64,000 nucleotides of DNA from Heterodontus francisci. Its lineage: Eukaryota. The notes under the pieces were generated by a model. It had not been told where the DNA came from, searched no databases, and was given only the letters and a program-made list of their open reading frames with translations. Position 1 is the first letter of the stretch, and the number at the start of each line of letters is the position of its first letter. Shown here piece by piece: positions 25,450 to 37,000 of this stretch. The DNA lies in assembly GCF_036365525.1 (NCBI RefSeq), contig NW_027141363.1:372001-436000 (forward strand). Reading direction: 5' to 3'. A program made the position numbers and the translations under genes.

Positions 25450-26390
25450 CCCTGGTCTTGATCCTTTCACCAGTGGGAACAGTTTCTCTCTATCTACTCT
25501 GTCCAGACCCCTCATGATTTTGAATATCTCTCTCAAATCACCTCTCTGCCTTCTCTTCTCCAAGGAAAACAGCCCTAACTTCTCGAATCTATCTTCATAA
25601 CTGAAATTCCTCATCCCTGGAACCATTCTTGTGAATCTCGTCTGTACTCTCTCCAATGCCCTCACATCTTTTCTCAAGTGCAGCACCCAAAACTGGAGGC
25701 AATACTCCAGTTGAGGACGAACTAGTGCCTTGCACAAGTTCAAAATAACTTCGTTGCTCTTTTAATCTGTGCCACTATTAATAAAACCCAGGATACTGTA
25801 TACTTTATGAACCACTCTGTCAACCTGTCCTGCCACCTTCAATGACTTATGCACAAATGCATCCAGGTCTCTCTGCTCCTGCACCCTCTTTAGAATCGTA
25901 ACCTCTATTCTATATTGTCTCTCCATGGTCTTCCTCCCAAAATTAATCACTTCACATTTCCCCACATTGAACCTCATCTGTCACTTGTCCGCCCATTCCA
26001 CCAATTTGTCGATGTCCTTTTGAAGTTCTACACTATCCTCCTGACAGTTCACAATGCTTCCAGGTTTCGTATCATTTGCAAATTTTGAAGTTGTGCCCTG
26101 TACACCGAGGTCTAGGACATTAATATATATCAGGAAATGCCAGGGTCCCACCACCGATCCCTGGGGAACTCCACCACAAACCTTCTTCCAGCCCGAAAAC
26201 ATCCATTAATCACTATTCTCAGTTTCCTGTCACTCAGCCAGTTTTATATGCATGTTGTTACCATCCCTTTTATTCAATGAACTACATGTTTGCTCACAAG
26301 TCTGTTGTGTGGAACTGTATCAAATGTCTTTTGAAGGACCAGGTTCATCACGTCAACAGCAAGCTCGAATGGGCCGAATGGTCCACTCCT
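25450..26390 (-). mobile_element. CR1 RT 3' part; continues at about 22430-22700
   Basis: GVPQGSVVGP, KFANDTK, LVRPQLEYC..FW, LGLFSLEKRR motifs. Confidence 0.88.
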
Positions 26391-26999
26391 GTTGCCAGGA
26401 TTTCTCATTTTCCTCTGTGAGTCCTCAAGTGAGCTGGAATATCCAGGGTGGAAGCACTGACCAGAATAGAATGGAGCAGCATGAGGTTTGGGGAATGCTG
26501 GGCAGATCCACTACGTACAGTCACATCCCTTCTGATCCCAGCCCTCAGCAATCATTTAACAGTGCGTGTTCCCTCCCAGAACAAGAAAACACTGGATTTC
26601 CATGATCAGATGGGAAAGCCATTCCAGCAACATCAATAATCTTCTTGAGACGGTCAGGTTCAATATTCATAGATATATTGAGCAGACAGAGAATGCAATA
26701 AAACTTTAAACACACGGTTTACAATCAGATTTGCAATCACACTGGGTGTTCAGGGAGTCAAACACGTTAAAAGCCCTTTCCAAGCTGCATCTCTCCTTGT
26801 CTGAATGTCCATCAATGGAAGATACGCAGCCATATTCACTTATTGCAGACGTTTTACATCGTTACACTCGAGAGTTGTGACCAATGAGTCATTTCACAAC
26901 AGTGCAACTGACTGATCAGGATGTTAATATTGGGAAATTGGAGAGTAGCAGGGAGTCACTGAATGACAATCATTTCAGGGGGATGGGTGAACAAGGTTC

Positions 27000-27470
27000 T
27001 GAGTGAGTTAAGACACAGCAAATGATTGCATGAGTATAAGATCAGGAAGTGTGAAAGATGTGAGCTTGGCCAGGAGAGCATTGGAATAGTCCAGGCTCGA
27101 GGTAACAGAGACACGGATTAGGGTTTCAGCAGCAGATGAGCTGAGGCAGTGTCGGAGTAGAGAGATGGTATGGAGGTGGAAATGGACAGTCTTGGTGATA
27201 GTGCGGATATGGAGTCGGAAACTCATCTCGGGGTCAAACACAACAACAAAGGCTGAAAACTGTCTTGATCAGTTTCAGACAGGTACCAGAGATGGTGTCG
27301 GTGGTCCAAGAATGACATTTGTGTCGGGGACCACAGACAATGGCTTCAGTCTTCCCAATATTTGGTCGGAGAAAATATCTGCTATCCAGTATGGGATGTT
27401 AGACAAGCAGTGTGACAGAGCAGAGACAATGGAGGGATTCACAGAGATGTTAGTGAGATAGAGTGTTGTC
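27000..27470 (-). mobile_element. L2 fragment
   Basis: FDPEMSF..HI..ITKT..FHL..I..LR..LS..AAETLI...VTS.LDYSNALL. Confidence 0.85.
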
Positions 27471-28099
27471 AGCATTCGTTTCCTGAGCTCACTATAACTC
27501 CGTCCTTTGTTATTAAACATTTGACACTTGTCACACATAAATGCTATTGTACCAAATGAAAGCTTTCCTTTTAAATATATTTTGATTCTCAAAAGTTCAG
27601 CATCAACCGATGCCCCATTCTTCATGAACTCTCAATTTAAAAGATGTTATCTACCCAGAGGTTCTCCTTGGACAAGGACTAACTGTTTTCCTTGCCCCTG
27701 CTCTCAGTGCTGACAGCTCCATGAAGCTTTGGGACCTCTACTCAATGGTAGATCTTTAAAGAAACTCCCTCATTAAACCTGAGACCACTTCATCCTGATA
27801 GTGGCCAGAGCTGTCAGGTTAGTCTGGGTTCAGCTGACCAGTGGTCACTGTATACAAATGGGATCGTACTTCTCTATTTAACAAAGCAATAGCTTAAAGC
27901 TCCCACACCCCTGCAGTATAAAGACACACCAATTACAGTATAACATTAGCATACTTCTAGTCGGAGATTAACCCTTTGCTGACAATTTCCTTGAGTTAAA
28001 CAAGGTGAAGATAAGATGGTACAGTGATTGAGTGAGGATGTCAAACACACAGAGACTGGATCACACGTGTCGGGTGCTTGTTGACATGTCCAAACACCT

Positions 28100-31000
28100 T
28101 CACACTTCCACAGGCTCACTAGCCGAGCACTGAACGTCTTCTGGATCCAATTCGAGCTTCGTGTGTGGACACTGATCCTGGAACATGTGCTTCACCTGCA
28201 TCGCAGAGAGGAGAAACGATGAATATTAATGCAAGGGGAGGAGTGAATAGAAAGAGACAGAGAGGATACAGACAGAGATCGGGAGAAAGGGTGGGGACAA
28301 GACAGTGAGAGACAGGGTGAGGCAAAGATACTCAGATAGAGGGAGAGATGGAGAGGGAGGTTAGGAGAGCTCCAGGGATTGAGACAGAGGTAGAGAAACA
28401 GAGGGTGTGAGAGCGAGAGGTCGTCAGAGATGCAGTGAGGGAGAGACAGGCACAGACAGCAAGAAAGACAAAGAAAGAGAAATACAGAGTGGGTGAGCGA
28501 GGCAGAGAAAGAGACAGAGATAGAAAGGACATAAAGCGAGAATGGGGAGAGTGAGAGGGAAGATCAGAGAGAGGTTACCATACAACGAGGAGGCCATTCA
28601 TCTCCTCGAGTCTGTTATACAGGAACAGGAGAGGCCATTCAACCCCTCGTTCGAGTTCTTACACGGGAACAGGAGAAGGCCATTCAGCCCCCTCACCCCC
28701 TCTCGAGCCTTTCACACAGGCTTAGGAGGAGGCCCATTCAGCCCCTCACAAGCCTGAACTGGGGACCAGAAGATAAGCAGAGGTGGAATTAGAGCTGTTT
28801 AAATATCTGAGCTGGAAATCCCATTCAGTGAATACAGACAGTGAGAGGGAGGATCTGTTGTCTCCCGTGTTTCTCCTCAGTACCGTGCAGTCTCTCACCC
28901 TCTCCACAACGATTCTCTTTGCAGTTTCATAATCCAGATCAGTCATTGAAGTGATCTTCACATTAATCCTCTTGTATTTGGTACCTAAACACAACAGTCA
29001 CAACATCAACAGGTTGAACACACCCAGAGTTTCGCACAGGGCACGGGACGTATTTCGAATGATCTCTCCTCTCTAATTTAAACTCTCTTTCCTCCAGTTT
29101 GTCATCCACTCGTTTGTTCATCTGTCTCTGTTATTCTCTCTATCTCAACTCGTCTTGTCTCTGATCTGCCCTCCCTGTGTTATCATCCTCTATCCTGCAC
29201 TCTCTTCTCTGTTGCCTCCTTGTTCCATCTCCCTAGATCATTTGCATTCCGTGTTTACTCCGGTCTCACTGCCCTTTACTCTGTCTCTGTCGATCACTCT
29301 CACTCTCTCTCTCTCTCTGATGCTCTCTGTCCCTCTGACAAAGACAAAGACAGAGAGACAAAGAGCATCTGTGAGAGAGAGAGAAAGTGAGAGTCAGAGA
29401 GACAGACAGGGAGACAGAACATCAGAGAGAGTGGGAGACAGAGTGAGGCGAAAGAGGGAGCTGGAGAAACTGAGAGCCACATAGAAGGAGAAAGGCGGCT
29501 ACAGAAATGAAATATATTTATATATGCGTGTGAAAGGCAGATAAAGGAGAAACAGAGCGACAGAGATAAAACTGAGAGTTACAGAGAGAGGGATGCGAGA
29601 TAGAAGCTCAAAGATATTTCTGAAGGAATTTCTGAAGGTTTACGTTTCAGTCTTTTCCCAATGATTCCACTCACACTGAATACAACGTGACTGCAACTCT
29701 TGTCCGACAGCACAGACAAGGCACAGAGAGAGAGAGAGAGAGAGAGAGAACGATGGGTTTTCCGACACAGAACGATCACACATCTGTTTGGAGACACTCT
29801 AACCTGATAGATTTGTGCCAGACTGAGACGGGAGGAGGGATTTCATATTCAGAAATGTGTAGAATCTGAAATGTTCCCACCGTCATCAGAAACAGGCTGG
29901 GAGTGGGAGGTTCCTCAGGAGTAGACGAGACCCCGAGTCTGAGAGGATCAAATAAAGACAAGAGGAATTTCACTGGGATTCGGAACGCTGGATGAGTGGA
30001 GGGAACTGTTTTCACACAGAACCTTTTCTCGTATGTAATCTCACTCCCTTTACACACTGAATCAATGTGTACCAGCCATTACCGAGGGGAGACACCAGAC
30101 ATCATTGTCTGCAGAATCAGTTACTACTCCGACAGGAAAAAAAACTAACAGAGAAAACTCGGCAGATTATCAAAGTGATCGGCAAAAGGAGAGGAAGAAT
30201 GCCGTGAGGGGGAAAGTGGAGTCAGAGAACAAGAGAGAGCAGGAGTGAGAGAGAAAAGCAGGGAGGGCGACAGGGGTGATAGGGAAAAGAGTGAGGGAGA
30301 TCTGTAGTGAGTGAGAGCAAGAGAGAGAAAAGAAAACAGCAGTGTAATGTTCCCCTTAATCAGTATTGATACCCCTCCTCCTTTCCTTCCTTCCCTCTCT
30401 TTCCTGAACACCTTGTAGTCAGGAATATTCACTGCCCAGTCCTGCCCCTCTTAGAGCCAGGACTCTGTTATTGCCACAACAACATATTTCCACATGGTTA
30501 TTTGCGCCTGCAGCTCACCAACCTTATTTAACACTCTCCGGGCATTCATATCCACACACATTAAACAGAAGTTAGAGGTTAATAACTTCCTTCTTACACT
30601 GACCCCATCTAATACGTTATTCTATTTTACTGCCTTGCAACCTGTCCCTCAGAATTCTCTATGCATCTGTGTCTTACTTTTTAATGTTGCTCGAATCCTG
30701 TTCTTCTTGATGGATATTAATGAGTTACACTTGTGTGTACAGGGCAGAATTTCATAATTTGTAGTGAGCACAAGACCTGGAAGTATTGTGAACAGTGAGG
30801 AGGAAAGTGATGGACTTCAAGTTGACATAGACAGACCTGTGGGATGGGCAAGCAAGTGGCAGATGAAATTTAATGCAGAGAATTGTGAAGTGATTCATTT
30901 TGGTAGGAAGAAGGAGGAGAGGCAATATAAAATAAAGGATACAATTGTAAAGGAGGTGCAGGGGCAGAGGTGGTAAGACATGTCGAGAGAGTAGTGAATA

Positions 31001-34000
31001 CATAGGAAGGATGTTAAGGTATTCGAGAGGGTGCGGAAAAGATTTACGAGAATGGTTCCCGGGATGAGGGACGTCAGTTCCATGAATAGATCAGAGAAGC
31101 TGTGGCTGTTCTTCCTGCAGAAGAGAAGATGAAGAGGAGATTTGATCAAGGTGTTCAAAATCACGAGGGATGTGGACAGAGCAGACAGGGAGAAACTGTT
31201 CCCATTGGTGGGAGGATCCAGAACCAGTGGACACCGGTTTTAGGTGAGTGGTAAAAGTAGCAAAAGAGACAGGAAAACCTTTTCACACAGCGAGTGGTTA
31301 GGATCTGAAATGCACTGCCCGAGAGTGTACTGGAGGCAGGTTCAATTGAGGCTTTCAAAAGGGAATTGGATAATTATCATAGGAGAAACAATCTGCAGTG
31401 CAATGGGGAAATGGCAGGAGTGGGAGTCGGTGAGTTGCTCAGGCTGAGAGCTGGCACGGTGAAGATGGGCTGAACGGCCTCTTTCTGGGCTGTAACCAGT
31501 CGATGAATCCATGATTCTGCGATGATAACCCCACAAGGCAGGTACCTGAGCTTCCAGAGCCCGCTGGGATAGAGGATGAAACCTCAGTAGATTCTCTAGT
31601 CGATTGTTCCTCGGATGCCTGAGTTTGGAAAATCACGGGTTCTGTAATAAAGGGAGGGAGACATTGCAGAGAGAGATATGGAGTAAAACACGACCGGTCA
31701 ACAGGATGGTACTAGTGTCAGGAGAATGTCAGATAGCAGTCTTTATAAAACCATACTCTTCCATCCTGTTCACTGCATTACTGTGTCAAACTCCCCGATG
31801 TCACGGCGTCACACTCCCCTCAGTCTCTGTCACACTCTGCTCAGTCACTCTATCAAGCTCTCCTCAGTCACTGTATCACACTCCCATTAGTCGTTGCATC
31901 CCATTCCCCTCAGTCGCGGTATCCCACTCCTCTCATTCACTGTATCCCACTTCCCTCAGTCACTGCATCACACTCACCTCAATCACTGCATCACACTTAT
32001 CTCAGCCGCTGTATCCCACTCCCCTCAGTCAATGTATCACACTCCCCTCAGTCACTGTATCCCATTCCCTCAGTCACTGTATCACACTCCCCTCAGTCAC
32101 TGTATCACACTCCCCTCAGTCATTGTATCATGCTCCCCTCAGTCACTATGTCACACTCCCTAAATCACTGTATCACAGTCCCCTTTCTCACTGTATCGCA
32201 CTTCCCTCAGTCACTGTATCACACTCCGCTCAGTCGCTGCATCACCCTCCCCTCAGTCGCTGCATCACACTTCCCTCAGTCACTGTATCACACTCCCCTC
32301 AGCAATTGTATCACTCTTCCCTCAGTAACTGTATCACACTTCCCTCAATCACTGTATCACACTTCCCTCAGTCACTGTATCCCACTCCCCTCAGCAACTG
32401 TATCACACTTCCCTCAGTCACTGTATCCCACTCCCCACAGTTGCTGCATCACACTCCCCTCAGTCACTGTATCACATTTCCCTCAGACACTGTATCCCAC
32501 GCTCCGCAGTCACTGGATCCCAATCTCCTCAGTCACTGCATCCCACTCCGTTCAGTCAATGCATCGCACTCCCTTCAGTCACTAAATCTCACTCCCCTCA
32601 GTCACTTTGTCCCATTGCCCTCAGTCACTGTGTCCCACTGCCCTCAGTCACTACATCCAACTCCCCTCGGTCACTGCATCCCATCCCCCTCAGTCACGAG
32701 ATCCCACTCCGCTCAGTCATTACATCCCACTCCCCTCAGTCACTATATCCCACTGCCCTCTATCATTGCCCCACACTCCATCATTAAGAGACTGGATGTG
32801 TCTCTGAGACTGAGCACTTCAGGCGTCACAGTGTGGGACTCTGTAATGTGATTCCAGATTATTTGGGTCAGATCTGTTCTCACTCTATTGAGATTGGTTC
32901 TCCCTCAATGAATTATCTTTCCTCCGTATTTCTCCTTGTCCTTTTCCAGCGCCAACTTCAACCGCATGGTCCAATGGTCACTGTCCCCAAATGTTCCACG
33001 GTGGACCCTAAATTCACTTGTCCCACTTCATTTCCCAGAATCAGATCCAGCAATGCCTCCTTCCTCGTTGGACTGGAAACAAACTGACGTCAGAAATTCT
33101 CCTGAACACACTCGAGAAACTCTTGTCCCACTCTGCCGTTTACACTATTACTATTCCAGTCTATATTCAGATAATTATAGCCCAACGATCGATCAACACT
33201 TTAACTCTTGCATCTCTTGGTTGCTCTATGCAAATATGTTCCTCTATATCTTTCCCACCAGTTGTTGGCCTATAAAATACACCCAGAAAGGTCATGGTAT
33301 TTCTTCCGTTGTTTCACTTTAATCTGATGGATTCTATCCTTGGTTCCTCTGCGACATCATCGCTTTCCAGCACTGTAATGCTCCCCTTAATCAATACTGA
33401 AACCCGCCTCCTTTCCTTGCTTCCCTCTCTTTCCTGAACAGCTAGTAGTCAGGAATATTCACTACCCAGTCCTGCCTCTCTTCGAACCAGGAATCGGTTA
33501 TTGCCACAACAGCATATTTCCACGTGGCTATCTGCGCCTGCAGCTCAACAACCTTATTTACCACTCTCCGTCCATCCATATACACACACATTAAACTGAA
33601 TTTTCAGCTCATCACCATCCCTCTTACACTGTCCCAGTCCAATACGTTACTCTTTTCTACTCCAATGTTATCTGTCCCTCCTAATTCTCTGTGCATCTGT
33701 GTTTTACTCTTTAATATTGATCGAACCCTGTTTTTCTTGATGTATATTAATGTGTTGCATTTGTGTGTACAGGGCAGAATTTCAAAAGTTGTGGAGGGCA
33801 CAAGACCTGGAAGTATTGTGAACAGTGAGAAGGATAGTGATGGACTTCAAGTGGACATAGACAGACCTGTGGAATGGGCAGGAAAGTGACAGATGAAATT
33901 TAATGCAGAGAATTGTGAAGTGATTCATTTTGGTCGGACGAACGAGGAGAGGCAATATAAAATAAAGGATACAATTGTAAAGGGGGTGCAGGGGCAGAGG

Positions 34001-37000
34001 GACCTGGGCGTACGTGTGCACAAATCATTGAAGGTGGCAAGACAGAGAGCGGTGAATACTTAGGAAGGACGTTAATGTATTCGAGAGGGTGCGGAGATGA
34101 TTTACGAGAATGGTTCCCAGGATGAGGGACGTCAGTTACTTGGATAGATTGGAGAAGATGGGGCTGTTCTCCCTGGAGAAGAGAAGATTAAGAGAAGATT
34201 TGATCGAGGTGTTCAAAATCACGAGGGATGTGGACAGAGCTGACAGGGAGAAACTGTTCCCATTGGTGGTAGAATCCAGAACCAGAGGACACCGGTTTTA
34301 GGTGAGTGGTAAAAGTAGCAACAGAGACAGGAAAACCTTTTCACACAGCGAGTGGTTAGGGTCTGGAATGCACTGCCTGAGAGTGCGCTGGAGGCAGGTT
34401 CAATTGAGGCTTTCAAAAGGGAATTGGAAAATTATCATAGGAGAAACAGTCTGCTGGGTGATGGGGAAATGGCAGGAGTGCGAGTAGGTGGATTGCTCTG
34501 GCAGAGAGCTGGCACGGTGACGATGGGCTGAATGGCCTCTTTCTGTGCTGTAACCAGTCTCTGATTCCATCATTCTGTAATTATAGTCCGGCACGGCAGA
34601 TACCTGGGGTTCCAGAGCCCACTAGGATAGAGGATGAAACCTCAGTGGATTCTCCAGTCGATTGTTCCTCGGATTCCTGAGTTTGGGAAGTCATGGGCTC
34701 TGTTAGAAAGGGAGGCAAACATTGCAGAGTGAGAGATGGAGAAAAACACAACATTTCGACAGGATGGTACGAGTGTCAGGAGAAAGTGAGATATCAATCT
34801 TTATAAATCCATCATCTTCCATCCTTATCACTACATTACTGTATCCCACTCCCCTCAGTCACTGTATCCCACTCCCCTCAGTCGCTGTGTCCCATGCCCC
34901 TCAGTCGCTGTATCCCACTCCCCTCAGTCGCTTTTGCCCACTCCCCTCAGTCGCTGTATCCCACTCCCCTCAGTCACTGTATCACACTCCCCTCAGTCAC
35001 TGTATTACACTCCCCTCAGCCTGTGTAACCCACAACCCTCGGTCTCTACATTCCACTCCCCTCAGTCACCGCATCCCACTCCCATAGGTCACTACATCCC
35101 ACTCAGCTCCGTCAGTCTATCCCACTCCCCTCAGTCACTGCATCCCACCTCCCTCTGTCACTACATCCCACTACTCTCAGGCTCTAACTCGCACTCCCAC
35201 TTCCCTCAGTCACAACATCCCACTCCCTCAGTCAGGCCATCGCACTGCCCTCAGTCACGGCATCCCAAGCCCCTCCGTCACTGCCTCCCACTCTCCCTCA
35301 CTCTCTGGATCTAATATCAGTCACAGTATTCCACTCCCCTCATTCACTACAACTCACTCCCCTCAAACCTTTCACACAACTCCGCTCAGCCTCTCCATCC
35401 CAGTCCCCTCAGTCATTGCATCCCAATCACCTCCATCAGTCTATCCCACTCTTCTCAGTCACTACACCCCACCATCCTCTGCCATTACATTGCACTCCCC
35501 TTAGTCACGACATCCCACTCCCCTTAGTCAATGCATCCCACTCCCCTCAGTCAATGCATCCCACTGCCCTCAGTCACTGTGAGTGAGAGATAACGTGTGA
35601 GAGTTAGAGACAGTGAGAATGGGAGACAGAGTGAAAGAGGGCAACAGAGGGAGAGAAAAATGAGAAGAAAGAGAGCGATAGAAAATGTGAGAGATCAAGA
35701 AAGAGTCCGAGAGTGAGAGCAACAGATACAGACAGCGAGAGAAGAAGCGAAATGGGGAGAGCAGTGAGTTACAGAGATAAAGAGAGAGACAGAGGGAAAA
35801 CGAAATTGTCAGATAGAGATAGACAGAGACTAAGTGAAAATGGCAGACAGAGAGAGAGAGCAAATATAGAGATATAAAGAGAAAGATACACAGAGAGCAA
35901 AAGAGATACTGACAGGAAGTGCAGAAAGAGGCAGTGGGAGAGGAGGGTGGAGAGAGAGGGATAGAAAATAAAACAGTCACAAGTAAATCCAGTGGTGATT
36001 TCAGAGGAAGCCTCTTTACTCAAAAGTGCGTCACAGCCCTAGACTCATACAATTATACAGCATGGAAACAGGCCCTTCGGCCCATCGTGTCCATGCCGAT
36101 CATCAAGCACGTCGCTATTCTAATCCCATTTTCCAGCACTTGGCCCGTAATCATGTATGCTGCGGCGTTTCAAGTGCTTATCTAAATACTTATTAAATGT
36201 TGTGAGGGTTCATGCCTCTACCACCTCTTCAGACAGTGTGTTCCAGATTCCAACCACCCTCAGGGTGAAAATCTGTTTCCTCAAATCGCCTATAAACCTC
36301 TTGCCTTTTATCTTAAGTCTATTCCCCCTGGTTACTGACCCCTCCGCTAAGGGAAATAGTTTCTTCCAATCTAACCGATCAATGCCCCTTATAATTTTGT
36401 ATACCTCAATCAGGTCCCCCCTCAGCCTTCTCTGCTCTAAGGAAAACAACCATAGCCTAGCCAGCCTCTCTTAACAGCTGAAATGCTCCAGCCCAGGCAA
36501 CCTCCTGGTGAATCTCCTCTGCACCCTCTCCAGTGCAATCACATCCTTCCTATATTGTGGTGCCCAGAACTGTTCTCAGTACTCCAGCTGTGGCCAAACT
36601 AGCGTTTTGTACAGCTCCATCATAACCGCCCTGCTCTTATATTCTGTGCCTCGGCTAAGACAGGCAAGTATCCCATATACCTTCCAAACCACATGATCTA
36701 CCTGTGCTGCTGCCTTCAGTGAACTATGGACAAGTACACCAAGGTGTAGTGAGAATGTAGAATTAATCCTGAATTGTCCAGGGCAATGAAATTTGAGGTA
36801 AATCTGGTTAAACACCTGAAGGAGAAAGGAAAAGAGGGATAAGGTTGGATAAAGAGGAGTAGCAAGAGGGGCCGAGGGGCCTCTTACTGTGCGGTAGATT
36901 CCATTCACCCAAATCAGGCAGTCAGTGTAAGAATCTACCCGTCCTGCTTGATCAACACAAAACTGACACCTGAGGTGAAAGTATCGATTGGGTTAGATGG

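Noticed and set aside
26400-28000. Search for ZP-domain, TM or GPI exons downstream of copy B
   Set aside because: No ZP cysteine pattern or hydrophobic exon recognised; the region is L2/CR1 debris and unassigned sequence.
29881-29938. Possible extra stalk-like exon (SSTPEEPPTP) with AG/GT ends
   Set aside because: 58 nt long; gives a stop in the phase-1 frame. Probably a decayed exon, so not included in the gene model.
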